64,000 nt of DNA from Candidatus Krumholzibacteriota bacterium. GTDB taxonomy: Bacteria; Krumholzibacteriota; Krumholzibacteriia; JAJRXK01. Positions within the stretch are counted from its first letter, which is position 1, and each line of letters opens with the position of its first letter. Under the pieces are notes generated by a model. That model saw nothing but the letters and a program-made list of their open reading frames with translations. It did no database searches and was not told the DNA's origin. The DNA is taken from contig CAVXTH010000001.1 of NCBI GenBank assembly GCA_963764625.1, positions 1 through 64,000 of the forward strand, given 5' to 3'. This document shows, one piece after another, positions 49,484 through 61,419 of the stretch. The position numbers were made by a program, and so were the translations under genes.

Positions 49484-50923
49484 CTATGATGCCCCGAGCA
49501 AGCGTTTGACCACCGTCTCCTTGCCCAGCACCTCCATGCTCAAAAACAGGCTCGGCCCCACTTTCTGGCCGGTCAGCGCCGCGCGCGTGGGATGCACCAG
49601 CTCGCCCAACTTCACGCCCAACTCCTCGGCGTAGGTCCGCATGAGCGCCTCCAGAGAGGCCGCATCGAACTCGCCCAACCCGTCGACCCGACGCGCCAAC
49701 TCGGCGAGACGCCCCACCGCCGCCGCATCGAGACTCTCCTGGGTCTGGGGATCCCGCGGATAGTCATCGCTGAAGTAGCACGCCAGACGCTCGGCCGCCT
49801 CGCCCAGAAAGCTGATCCGCGCCCCCATGATCTTCACCACTCGCTTCAATTTCGCGCGCGCCGCCTCGTCGTCCTTGCGGACCAGCCCCGCGTCGACCAG
49901 GCGGGGCCATATCAGAACCGCGCGCCGCTGATCGTCGAGATTCTTCATGTGCTGGGCATTGACGTAGCGGCATTTTTCGGGATCAAAGACGGCGGCGGTG
50001 TTGTTCAGCCGTTTCAACGAAAACGCTTTGATGAGCTGGGGCATCTCGAAGACTTCCTGCGCGCCGCCGGGATTCCAGCCCAAAAGCGCCAGGTAGTTCA
50101 CCAGCGCCTGTGGTAGATAGCCTTCCTCGCGGAACTCCTCCACGCTCGCCGCGCCGTGGCGCTTGCTCAACCTCTGTTTGTCGGGCCCCAAAATCATCGG
50201 CAAGTGACCGAACTTGGGCAGCTTGAAGCCGAAGGCCTCATGGAGGTGGATCTGCCGCGGGGTGTTGCTGATGTGATCGTCGCCGCGCAGCACGTGACTG
50301 ATCTTCATCAGCCCGTCGTCGACCACGCAGGCGAAATTGTAGGTGGGAAAGCCATCCCCCTTGACCGCCACCCAATCGTCCAGCACCGCGCACTCGAACT
50401 CCGTGTCCCCGTGCACCAGGTCGGTCCACTTGATCGAACCCTCCTTGGGCATGCGCACGCGGATCACCGAACTTCGGCCCTCCGCCTCGCGCGCGGCACG
50501 ATCTTCCGCACCGAGCTCGCGGCAGGTTCCGTCGTAGATTCTCTGCCGGCCTTCCTCGACTGCTCTCGTGCGCATCGCCTCGAGTTCGGCGGGAGAGCAG
50601 TAGCAGCGGTAGGCCACACCCTTGTCGAGCATCTGCTGGGCGTAATCGTCGTAGAGTTCCCGGCGCTCGCTCTGCACGTATGGTCCAAACTCGCCGCCCA
50701 CGCCCGGTCCCTCGTCGTAGTCCAGCTCGAGCCACTGGAACGCGCGCAGAATCTGCTGGTGGCTGTCCTCGGTGGAACGCTCCTGGTCGGTATCCTCGAT
50801 GCGCAGAATGAACACGCCCTTTTGCGCGCGCGCGTAGAGCCAGTTGAAGATCGCGGTACGCGCCCCGCCGACGTGCAGCGTCCCGGTGGGACTGGGAGCG
50901 AAGCGAACGCGGACGTGACTCAT
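49484..50923 (-). CDS. gltX: Glutamate--tRNA ligase
   Basis: RVRFAPSPTGTLHVGG, LRIEDTD, RLSKRHG. Confidence 0.96.
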   Translation of the reverse strand: MSHVRVRFAPSPTGTLHVGGARTAIFNWLYARAQKGVFILRIEDTDQERSTEDSHQQILRAFQWLELDYDEGPGVGGEFGPYVQSERRELYDDYAQQMLDKGVAYRCYCSPAELEAMRTRAVEEGRQRIYDGTCRELGAEDRAAREAEGRSSVIRVRMPKEGSIKWTDLVHGDTEFECAVLDDWVAVKGDGFPTYNFACVVDDGLMKISHVLRGDDHISNTPRQIHLHEAFGFKLPKFGHLPMILGPDKQRLSKRHGAASVEEFREEGYLPQALVNYLALLGWNPGGAQEVFEMPQLIKAFSLKRLNNTAAVFDPEKCRYVNAQHMKNLDDQRRAVLIWPRLVDAGLVRKDDEAARAKLKRVVKIMGARISFLGEAAERLACYFSDDYPRDPQTQESLDAAAVGRLAELARRVDGLGEFDAASLEALMRTYAEELGVKLGELVHPTRAALTGQKVGPSLFLSMEVLGKETVVKRLLGAS

Positions 50924-51921
50924 CGGGTCCCACCCTGGGGCGCCCCCGGATCCCCCAGCTTCTGGGGATCCAGCAGTTCGAGCAGCCGCGACACATTCAC
51001 CTCGTACACCTGTGGCACCGCCTCCTCGAAGATCACCCCTTGCTCCAACCGATCCAACAGCTGCACCACTTTCGACCAGCCGTAGCTTTCGGCGAGATTC
51101 CACGCCATGAGGAAGGCGTTGTACTGTGCGATGCGCCCGGTTTCCTGGTCGGTCAGCGGATAGATGGTTTGCAAGACCTCCTGGGAAGAGAGAAGTACGC
51201 GATGGTCGACCCGGTACTGATTCATGAAGTCTTCCAGCACGCCCCCTTCCTCCGCGAGATAACTCGCGAGACCCGCGCGCAACCACTGCGGGAGAAGTCC
51301 GTGGCACTTCATGTCCAGATAGGAGGTCGCCACTCCGTTGCGGATGGCGTGCAGCGCCAGGGTACGGCTCCACAGAACCCCGATGGGCTCGTACACGATG
51401 AACGGCCCGTCCACCACCTGCGTGACCCAAAAGTCCTTGCCGGCCACCCGTTTGTAGTCGAGCAGAGTGGACGCGGCGTAGATCTGGATCTTGCCCTTGG
51501 GCTCGAAGTGGAGCGCGTCCTTCATGTCCTCGTGGGCCAGGTCATGCAGCTCGAGCCAACGGCCCACCATTTCCTCGGTCACCTTCGGTGGACGATTGAC
51601 GGTGAACCAGCGGCCGGTCATGGTGCTGTCGGTCACCACGAGATCGGGATGATTCAGCCGCGTTTTGAAATGGTAGTAGGTGTTGGGACCGTAGGGCACG
51701 CCTTCGTCGTCGTAGAGAATACCCCATTCTCCCTGGGAACCTTCCGGCCACCAGTAGGGCTGGTTGAGATCGTTGGGATAGCCCTTTTCGGCGATGCGCG
51801 GCGCGTCGTAGGAGGGATACCTCCCCATCCCGGGACTCGGCATGCCACCGGTAGCAGCGCAGCCACCCAGGAGCACGAAGGACAAGAGAACAAGGGGAAA
51901 GACGAGAATCTTCGACGACAT
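50920..51921 (-). CDS. Lipoprotein with degenerate peptidase-MA-like C-terminal domain
   Basis: Lipobox LGGC; LPQWLRAGLASYLAEE. Confidence 0.65.
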   Translation of the reverse strand: MSSKILVFPLVLLSFVLLGGCAATGGMPSPGMGRYPSYDAPRIAEKGYPNDLNQPYWWPEGSQGEWGILYDDEGVPYGPNTYYHFKTRLNHPDLVVTDSTMTGRWFTVNRPPKVTEEMVGRWLELHDLAHEDMKDALHFEPKGKIQIYAASTLLDYKRVAGKDFWVTQVVDGPFIVYEPIGVLWSRTLALHAIRNGVATSYLDMKCHGLLPQWLRAGLASYLAEEGGVLEDFMNQYRVDHRVLLSSQEVLQTIYPLTDQETGRIAQYNAFLMAWNLAESYGWSKVVQLLDRLEQGVIFEEAVPQVYEVNVSRLLELLDPQKLGDPGAPQGGTR

Positions 51922-51929
51922 ACACGAAC

Positions 51930-53186
51930 CTATTCGTTTCTGAGTGCGTCGGTGATTTGCATCCGCGCCGCGCGACGGGCCGGATACGCTCCGAAAACGA
52001 GTCCAACCATCATAGAAAAACCCAAGGCGAGCGCCAACATCCACCCTTTCCAGTAGAAAGGGAAGCTCAACTGCTGGTTGAGGCCGCGGGCCAGAAGGTA
52101 CCCCAGCAGCGCGCCCGCGATTCCACCCAGGCCGGTGAGCACCGTCGCCTCGGCCAAGAACTGGCGCAGGACATCTCCGCGGCGTGCCCCCAGGGCCCTT
52201 CGGACCCCCACCTCGCGCGTGCGTTCGCTGACCGAGATCAAGAACATGTTCATCACGCCGATACCCCCCACCAGAAGTCCGATGGAGGAGAGGACCACCA
52301 ACGCGAGCATCACCCCCATGGTGAGCGAATCGAGCAACTTCTGCAGGGTCTGGCTCGCGACCACCGCGAAGTCGTTCTTCTGCCCCGGCCGCAAGCCACG
52401 CAACTGTCGCATGATGGCGATGACCTCGTCCCGCGCCTGTTCAAGAGTCACCCCCGGACGCAGCGTGGCCTGCAGGGTGATCTGATCGTGCTCGGTGGCG
52501 AAATCCTTTTCGAAGGTGGTGTAGGGGATGGCGGCGTAGTTCTCACCCAGACGTCCGGTGATGTGTTTGCGCTCCTGGAACACTCCGATCACCCGGTAAC
52601 GTTCGCTGCCGACACGCACGTCCTTTCCCAGAGGATCGGTGTGGGGAAAGAGCTGCTGCCACGGGCCATAGCCCAGCACGATCACGCGGCGGCGGCGCTC
52701 GATGTCGTCGAAATTGAGAAACCGGCCCAGCGCGATCTTCATGCTGAAGATCTCGGTCGCTCCCTGAGATGAGCCCCAGACCCAGATGAACTCCGAACGT
52801 TCCTTGCCCCGAAACAGCATGGGCGGCGCGACCCCTTGACCGAACTCGTGGGTGTACACCACCGTTTCCAGAGTCTTGGCCCTCTGCTTCAGCTCCTCGT
52901 AATCGTGCACCGTGAAGTCGCGCCGGTTCGCGGCCTCCTTGGCCTCCTGTGCGTCGAGAAAGTCGTACTTGGAAATGGTGAGGTAGGGCCGGTTCGCGCT
53001 GACGATGTCCTCGCGCAGCTTCTCCTTCAGACCGAAGAGCAGCGAGATCATGGCCAGAAGCGTCGCGGTCCCGATCGACACGCCCAAAATGAGCAGCAGC
53101 GAACGCATGCGCTGAGCGCGCAGAGCCTCGAAGGCGATGCGCAGGTTCTCCGTGGAGAGTAGACGCCAGCGGGCCTCCTCACTCAT
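51930..53186 (-). CDS. MacB/FtsX-family ABC permease
   Basis: RSLLLILGVSIG, VGGIGVMNMFLISVSERTREVGVRRALGA. Confidence 0.92.
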   Translation of the reverse strand: MSEEARWRLLSTENLRIAFEALRAQRMRSLLLILGVSIGTATLLAMISLLFGLKEKLREDIVSANRPYLTISKYDFLDAQEAKEAANRRDFTVHDYEELKQRAKTLETVVYTHEFGQGVAPPMLFRGKERSEFIWVWGSSQGATEIFSMKIALGRFLNFDDIERRRRVIVLGYGPWQQLFPHTDPLGKDVRVGSERYRVIGVFQERKHITGRLGENYAAIPYTTFEKDFATEHDQITLQATLRPGVTLEQARDEVIAIMRQLRGLRPGQKNDFAVVASQTLQKLLDSLTMGVMLALVVLSSIGLLVGGIGVMNMFLISVSERTREVGVRRALGARRGDVLRQFLAEATVLTGLGGIAGALLGYLLARGLNQQLSFPFYWKGWMLALALGFSMMVGLVFGAYPARRAARMQITDALRNE

Positions 53187-54417
53187 GGCGCAACGCCTCC
53201 ACCGGATCGAGCTGACTCGCCTTGTGGGCCGGAATGGTGCCGAAGAGAATGCCCAAGGCCAGGGTGGTGCCGATGCCCAGCGCCACCGCCTGCAATTGGA
53301 TGCTGGCCGGAATGGGACTCAGGGCGCTCACCACGAGCGCCAGAATGAACCCGAGGAGGGTTCCCATGATTCCCCCCACCACACTGAGGGTGACCGCCTC
53401 CACCAGGAACTGCCAGAGGATGTTGTTGCGCGTGGCGCCCAGTGCTTTGCGCACGCCGATCTCGCGCGTGCGGTCGGTCACCGACACCAGCATCACGTTC
53501 ATCAGCACGATGCCACCGACGATGAGACTGATACTCACCGTCGCCACCAGGACATTGCGAATGTAGCCCTGAATCTTCTTCCACAATTCGAGAAGGATCT
53601 CGCTGGTCACGATGGCGAAATCGTTCTCGTCGCCTGGATGCAGGCGGTGACGGATCCGCAGCGCCATGCTTGCCTCGTCGATGACCCGATCGACCTCGTT
53701 CACATCCTTGGCCTTGATGCGGATCTCCACGCTCTCGTGGGCCGCGAACTGTTTCTGCCAGGTGCTCAAAGGGATGATGACGAAACGGTCGCGACTACTC
53801 CCCAGTACGGTTCCGCGCTTGGCCAGCGTGCCGATCACGGTGTAGCGTCGATCGCCGATCTTGATTCTCTGCCCCACCGGATCGCGGTTTTCACCAAAGA
53901 GCTTCTGCGCGATCTCGAAGCCAAGCACGCACACCGCTTTCGAACGCTCCACATCGAGCTGTGCGAGATGGCGGCCCGAGGCCAGCGGAACGTCTTCGAT
54001 CGCGGGGTACACTTCGGTGCGCCCGTCCACCTCGATGTCTTCCAGGCGTTCGTCGTGCCACCGCACCAGAGTGGTGATGGACTGCTTGGCCCCCACCGCC
54101 AGAGCCGAAGGCGCGTGCTCGCGCAGGTAGTCGACGTCCGCCAGGGTGAGCTTGGGGTTGTAGAGGGAATCCATGAAAGCGTCGACGTCGGTGATGAATT
54201 GCAGTCCGTTGACGCGTTCGATACTGAAGACTCCGCTGCCCTCCTCGAGCACTTTCTGGCGCGCGTAAAGATCGATGCCGTCCAGCAGCGACACCACTGT
54301 GATGACCGACATGACACCGACGATGTTGCCGAGCAGCGTGAGAAAAGTGCGCAGCTTGTTGGCGCGCAGGTTCGACAGGGCGATCCCCACGCCCTCGCTC
54401 AGCTGAACGGCCTTCAT
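53179..54417 (-). CDS. MacB/FtsX-family ABC permease
   Basis: LRTFLTLLGNIVG, VGGIVLMNVMLVSVTDRTREIGVRKALGA, LDPVEALRHE. Confidence 0.92.
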   Translation of the reverse strand: MKAVQLSEGVGIALSNLRANKLRTFLTLLGNIVGVMSVITVVSLLDGIDLYARQKVLEEGSGVFSIERVNGLQFITDVDAFMDSLYNPKLTLADVDYLREHAPSALAVGAKQSITTLVRWHDERLEDIEVDGRTEVYPAIEDVPLASGRHLAQLDVERSKAVCVLGFEIAQKLFGENRDPVGQRIKIGDRRYTVIGTLAKRGTVLGSSRDRFVIIPLSTWQKQFAAHESVEIRIKAKDVNEVDRVIDEASMALRIRHRLHPGDENDFAIVTSEILLELWKKIQGYIRNVLVATVSISLIVGGIVLMNVMLVSVTDRTREIGVRKALGATRNNILWQFLVEAVTLSVVGGIMGTLLGFILALVVSALSPIPASIQLQAVALGIGTTLALGILFGTIPAHKASQLDPVEALRHE

Positions 54418-54449
54418 TGGCTCACTCCCGGGGGATCAGACCAGAACGA

Positions 54450-55667
54450 TCAGTCCTGCTTTCCGTCCTTCTCGTCGGTGTTGTCGGCGGAGTCTTCCTT
54501 GGATTTCTTCTCTTCCTTTTGCACCTCGACGTGCTCCTGGCTCTTGAGGGTGCGCAGCGCCGCGAAGGGACCCTCGACCACCACCTCGCCCTCCTTCAGG
54601 CCGGAAGGCACTTCGAAGCGCTCGTTCCCCGCGATGCCCACCTCGACCGGACGAAATTCGACTTCCTTCGACTTGGCTAACACGAACACACCCTCTTTGC
54701 CGTCCCTCTCGACCAAGGAGGCGATGGGAATCGAGAGACAGCTGTCACGCTTGGCCACCGTGATGTCAGCGGTGGCGGACAATCCCGGCCTCACGCCCAC
54801 GATCTTGTCGAGCAGACGCAACACCACCTTGAAGTCGACCGCCTCCTGGCCGAGACCGGTCGAGGAGAAGATGGGGCTGTTGCCCACTTCGGTCACCACG
54901 GCCGAAAAGAGCGTGTCAGGATACGCGTCGATTTCGACGCTCGCTCTCTGGCCCAATTTCACGCGCACGATCTCGGTCTCATCGACTTTGACTTCGGCTT
55001 CCATCGTGTCCAGATCGGCCACGGTGAGCAGCAGCGTGCCGGGGTTGTTCATGGTGCCGATGATGGCGTTCTCGCCCACCTCGATGTTGAGCCGGGTCAC
55101 GATTCCGCTGATCGGCGCACTCAGGGTGACCTTGCTCAGGTCATGACGCACGCGGGTGAGGTTGGCCTTGGCCTGGTCGACGCGGGCCTGCGCCGCGTGC
55201 ACCTGAGCTGTCTGCACTTTCACCGCGGTGTTGGCCGATTCGTATTGATCGGTGGTATTGAGGCCCTGATCGATCAGCTTCTGGGCGCGCTTGAGGTCGA
55301 GCTGGGCTTTTTCCTGGTTCGCCTTGGCCAGGGCCAGATCTCCTTGCGCGCTCTGAAGCCCGGCTTCTTGGGCCGAGACGAGCGAGCGGTATTCCTCGGG
55401 ATCGATCTCCAGCAGGAAATCGCCCTTGTGCACCACGTCGCCCTCCTGCACCGCCAGGCGGGTGATCTTGCCCATGATGGTGGCGCTCACGTCGACACTG
55501 CTTTTGGGTTCCAGCTTTCCGCTCGCGTTGACCACTTCGGTCAAGGGCCCGCGCGTCACGGAGTCGACGCGCACCTTGGTGAGCTTCTCGCGGCTGGCCA
55601 GGTTGACCAGGATGAGAATCCCCAGGACCACGACGACGCCGATGGCGATCCAGACCTTCTTCTTCAT
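54450..55667 (-). CDS. Periplasmic adaptor (membrane fusion protein, MacA/YknX-like)
   Basis: N-terminal TM, VQEGDVVHKGD, coiled coil, SAPISGIV, VRPGLSA. Confidence 0.9.
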   Translation of the reverse strand: MKKKVWIAIGVVVVLGILILVNLASREKLTKVRVDSVTRGPLTEVVNASGKLEPKSSVDVSATIMGKITRLAVQEGDVVHKGDFLLEIDPEEYRSLVSAQEAGLQSAQGDLALAKANQEKAQLDLKRAQKLIDQGLNTTDQYESANTAVKVQTAQVHAAQARVDQAKANLTRVRHDLSKVTLSAPISGIVTRLNIEVGENAIIGTMNNPGTLLLTVADLDTMEAEVKVDETEIVRVKLGQRASVEIDAYPDTLFSAVVTEVGNSPIFSSTGLGQEAVDFKVVLRLLDKIVGVRPGLSATADITVAKRDSCLSIPIASLVERDGKEGVFVLAKSKEVEFRPVEVGIAGNERFEVPSGLKEGEVVVEGPFAALRTLKSQEHVEVQKEEKKSKEDSADNTDEKDGKQD

Positions 55668-55707
55668 CTCCGTCGTCGCCGCGTATGGGGGCGACTCTCA
55701 CCTCCGC

Positions 55708-56490
55708 CTACATGAAGATGGCGTACATCAACAGGCCGAAGCCGTTGCCCAGGACCCAGGGCACCGCGGCCGCGATCCACGCTCTCTGCGTGCTGAGCCG
55801 ATGCACCACTTGAAAACCGATTGCCAGAAGGATGAGCTCCCAGATCGAAAAGAAGTTCGTGAACGCCTGCAGCGCTTTATACGCGATGCTCGAGGAATCC
55901 GCACCCGCTCCCAGTAGCCCCGAGAGAGGCGCCAGAGAGTAGCCCACCGTCATCGCCGAGCCCTTGGCCAGGACCAGAGGTACCGTGGCCAGAAGCGCTA
56001 GACCTCCTCCCACCCAGGTGGCCAGAAAAACCACGTCGAGGGTGGACTTGAAGCCCTTCCTGCCCCCCACCGCCATGCAGGCCAGCCAGTAAAAGATGGC
56101 GCCGATGGCGAAGCTGACGGTGCCTCCCGCCCCGGCCTCCACCGCCGTCACCAGACGCCTGCCGATCGTGGGGGTCTTGGCTTCCTCGATCTTCTTCAGA
56201 TAGTCTTCGTTTTCCCGGAGCTTGTCTCCGAAGGGACCGTTCAGCGCAGCCTGCATCTGCTCGGGACCGCTGATGTGGGCGATGAGCCCGCTTCCCAATC
56301 CCACCGCCAGTAGGACCGCCAGTACGCCCACCCAGGGTTGGGTGCGCCGCGCCACCGCCTCGAAGGTGGCTTGGGGCGACACGATGACACTCAGCAAGCG
56401 CGCGAACCCCTGCGGCCCACCCTCCTCTACTCTTGGCGGCGGCGGCGCGAGCGTCGTCGCGTCTTCGGTGGGAAAGTGATCCGACTGCAT
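55708..56490 (-). CDS. Yip1-family membrane protein (YknW-like)
   Basis: SPQATFEAV..PW motif; about five TM segments; first gene of the exporter operon. Confidence 0.8.
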   Translation of the reverse strand: MQSDHFPTEDATTLAPPPPRVEEGGPQGFARLLSVIVSPQATFEAVARRTQPWVGVLAVLLAVGLGSGLIAHISGPEQMQAALNGPFGDKLRENEDYLKKIEEAKTPTIGRRLVTAVEAGAGGTVSFAIGAIFYWLACMAVGGRKGFKSTLDVVFLATWVGGGLALLATVPLVLAKGSAMTVGYSLAPLSGLLGAGADSSSIAYKALQAFTNFFSIWELILLAIGFQVVHRLSTQRAWIAAAVPWVLGNGFGLLMYAIFM

Positions 56491-56553
56491 CCTGACCTCC
56501 TGCGCGTCTCACCGGCCCCTGGCTACTCTTTAGCGGGTGAGCCGGCGAAAAGT

Positions 56554-57585
56554 TTAGTCCTCCCGTGAAGGACCGCCCAAACGGCAGCGCTCCAGAAAGG
56601 CGCGCAGACCCCGGCCGGTTTCCTGCATGGGATGTTTGGTTTCCTCTTCACGCTTCTGCGTCAGCCAGGGCGAACCGGCGGCGCGTTCTTCTAGAAACGC
56701 ACGCGCGAAGCGCCCGTCCTCGATTTCGTCCAGAAGCTCCTCCATCGCCGCCCGGCTCTCCTTGCCGATCACCCGGGGTCCAGCGCGCAGGCCGCCGTAG
56801 GCGGCGGTGGGCGAGATGCCCTCCCGCATGCCATCCACTCCTTTTCGGTGCACCAGATCGGTGATGATTTTCACCTCGTGCAAGCATTCGAAGTACGCGC
56901 CCTCGGCGCTGTAGCCACGCGCGACCAAAAGCTCCCAGGCCGCGGTGATGAGTTCGATGAGGCCGCCACAGAGTACGGTCTGTTCGCCGAAGAGATCGCT
57001 TACCGCCTCCTCGCGAAATGAGCTCGCGAATCCGCCGCCCCCCAGCGCACCACAGGCCCGGGCGTAGGCGAGGGCCACCCGCAGACTTTCCTCCAGCTTG
57101 GGGCCCTGGGCCCCGATGAGCCCGGGCAGTCCACCACCGTTCTGAAAGGACGCGCGCAGGGCGTGACCCTGTCCCTTGGGCGCCACCAGGAGGACCCGCC
57201 GCTCGGGTTCGAGTTCGATGAGATCGAAGGCCACCGCGAAGCCGTGGGAGAAGGCGAGGTAGGCATCAGGGTCCATGACCCCGCGCAGCTGTTCTGCATA
57301 GACGCCGGCGTGGAGTTCGTCGGGGAGCAGCAGCATCACCAGGAAGGCGCCCTTTGCGGCGGAGGCAAAATCCCGCACCTCGAAACCGGCCTCGCGCGCG
57401 GCCGGCGCGTACCGGCTTTCCTTGCGCAGACCCACCACCACCTCCATGCCGCTGTCGCGCAGATTGAGCGCGTGAGCGTGCCCCTGGTTGCCGTAGCCCA
57501 GGATGGCGATGCGGCGTCCTTTCAAGAGCGAGAGGTCGCCATCCTCCAGATCGAAGTGGCGGCGGGTTGTGAGCGGCTGCGTCAT
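56554..57585 (-). CDS. ilvC: Ketol-acid reductoisomerase
   Basis: GYGNQGHAHALNLRDSG, DLFGEQTVLCGG, AYFECLHE. Confidence 0.93.
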   Translation of the reverse strand: MTQPLTTRRHFDLEDGDLSLLKGRRIAILGYGNQGHAHALNLRDSGMEVVVGLRKESRYAPAAREAGFEVRDFASAAKGAFLVMLLLPDELHAGVYAEQLRGVMDPDAYLAFSHGFAVAFDLIELEPERRVLLVAPKGQGHALRASFQNGGGLPGLIGAQGPKLEESLRVALAYARACGALGGGGFASSFREEAVSDLFGEQTVLCGGLIELITAAWELLVARGYSAEGAYFECLHEVKIITDLVHRKGVDGMREGISPTAAYGGLRAGPRVIGKESRAAMEELLDEIEDGRFARAFLEERAAGSPWLTQKREEETKHPMQETGRGLRAFLERCRLGGPSRED

Positions 57586-57694
57586 GGTGGCTGGCGGCGC
57601 GAAGCCGCAGGCGGGAAGGTGAGTTGGGGCCTTGTCTTAGATCCTAGTCCCGCGGCCTTGAGGGGACAAGGGGATCTGCCCGAGAAGCCCAGGT

Positions 57695-57723
57695 TTGACA
57701 CTGCTTCGCCCTCAAGATACCTT
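57695..57723 (+). promoter_or_regulatory. Sigma70 promoter of tRNA-Met-tilS-ftsH
   Basis: TTGACA-17 nt-TACCTT. Confidence 0.7.
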
Positions 57724-57776
57724 TGCTCCTTGCTCGCGCCCGCCCTATGAAGAGAAGGTACGGACGCGTTGAAGGG

Positions 57777-57853
57777 GCCGGCGTAGCTCAGTTGGTTAGA
57801 GCAGCGGAATCATAATCCGCGTGTCCGGGGTTCGAATCCCTGCGCCGGCACCA
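57777..57853 (+). tRNA. tRNA with CAT anticodon, most likely elongator Met
   Basis: GCCGGCGTAGCTCAGTTGGTTAGAGCA-GCGGAATCATAATCCGC-GTGTCCGGGGTTCGAATCCCTGCGCCGGCACCA; the 1-72 pair is formed, so not initiator. Confidence 0.93.
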
Positions 57854-57884
57854 CCAGTTCCCGCCCTGAAACGGGAGGACCATC

Positions 57885-59298
57885 GTGGCTTCCTCCTTGA
57901 TTCCGATCGATTTGCTGTCTCCGCTCAGGGAGCTTCCGCCGGCGCGCGGAGGACTCCTTTTGGGTGAGCGTCTGGTGGTGGCGCTCTCGGGCGGCGCCGA
58001 CTCGGTGACTCTGTTGGATCTGCTCCTGCGCCTTGCGAAGGAACGCGAGCTGCACCTCTTGGCGGCGCACCTCGACCACGGTCTGCGCGAAGCGAGCGCT
58101 CAGGACGCCGCGTTCTGCCGCGAGCTCTGCGCGGCGCGCGGGGTGGAGCTGGTTCAGGAAACCGCTGACCCGCGCGCGGAGGCCGAAGAGGAGGGACTCG
58201 GGCTGGAGGCCGCGAGCCGTCAGCTGCGCTACGCGTTTCTCGATCGCGTGCGTGAGTCGCGGGGAATGGATCGGGTGTGCACCGCGCACCACCTGGACGA
58301 TCACCTCGAAACCCTTCTGCTCTGGCTCTTCCGGGGCTGCGGGCCGGCGGGAATGGAGGGAATTCGCGCGCGGACGATCGATCGGGTGCGGCCTCTGCGA
58401 GAGTTCACCCGCGCGCAAATTCGCGACTACGCGAGCATGCGCGGCCTGAAGTTCCGCGAAGACGAGAGCAATGCCGCGCTCACTTTCCGCCGCAATCGGA
58501 TCCGTCACGAACTCATCCCGCGGCTGGGGGAGATCTTCGACGAAGGGGCGTTGCGTCATCTGGGGGACTTCGCCCGGCGCTGCGCCGCGCTCTCGAGCTG
58601 GCTCACCGAGCAGGCCGAGAGCGCGCGGGCCTCGCTCGCCCGCGCGCCCGAGACCCCTCTGAGCGCTGAGCTGAGTCCTGGGGCCTTCGAAATCCTCGAC
58701 CGGCCCGGATTTTGCGCCCTGGCGGAGCCGGTCCAGCTGGAAATTCTGCGCCGCATCGCGCGCGAATTGGAGCCCTCGGGGCCCCAGTACTGGAACGAGG
58801 AGAACCTGTTACGCCTGCGCGAATTCGCGCTGCAAGCGCCCACGGGACGACGCTTTCCCCTGGCGCGGGGCGGGTGGCTCACCGTCGATCGCGAGCGCCT
58901 GCGTTTTTCGGCTCCGGGGACGGATGAGGAGAGGAAGCCGCCGTCGGCCCGGCTTTTGGTGGAGCTTTTGCCCGCGGGAGGGGATGGGGTTACTATGACA
59001 GCTAGGAACTCCACCCAGATCGATGCGGACAAAATCCATGGAGACTTGAACTTGCGGTTCTTCCGGCCCGGAGATCGCATGCGGGTGGAAGGATTGCCCG
59101 GGCGCAAGAAAGTGGCAGAACTTTATCGCGAGTACGGTGTTCCCGCCGACCACCGCTCTTTGATGTGGGTCGTGGAAGACGACGAGGGAATCGTGTGGAC
59201 GGTGGGAGTCGCCACCTCACAGCGCTGTCGAATCACGGACGAAACGCGGAGAGTTCTGCGTTTGAGCGTGCAACCTCAGAAGAAGGAATCCGATCTCG

Positions 59299-59312
<14 letters not shown>
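57885..59312 (+). CDS. tilS: tRNA(Ile)-lysidine synthetase
   Basis: [33 protein letters not shown]. Confidence 0.93.
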
Positions 59313-61344
<2,032 letters not shown>

Positions 61345-61367
61345 CGGCCTTTGATTTGCTAGAATGA

Positions 61368-61394
61368 AAGTCCGGTGGAGCCTCCACCGGACTT
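61368..61394 (+). terminator. Perfect 13-bp inverted repeat between ftsH and folP
   Basis: AAGTCCGGTGGAG-C-CTCCACCGGACTT followed by ATCTTTT. Confidence 0.65.
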
Positions 61395-61419
61395 ATCTTT
61401 TCTCGCTGACAAGGTCGCC

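Noticed and set aside
49484-51430. 648-aa N-terminally extended GltX
   Set aside because: The extension overlaps the upstream lipoprotein gene; the canonical start MSHVRVRFAPSPTG is at 50923.
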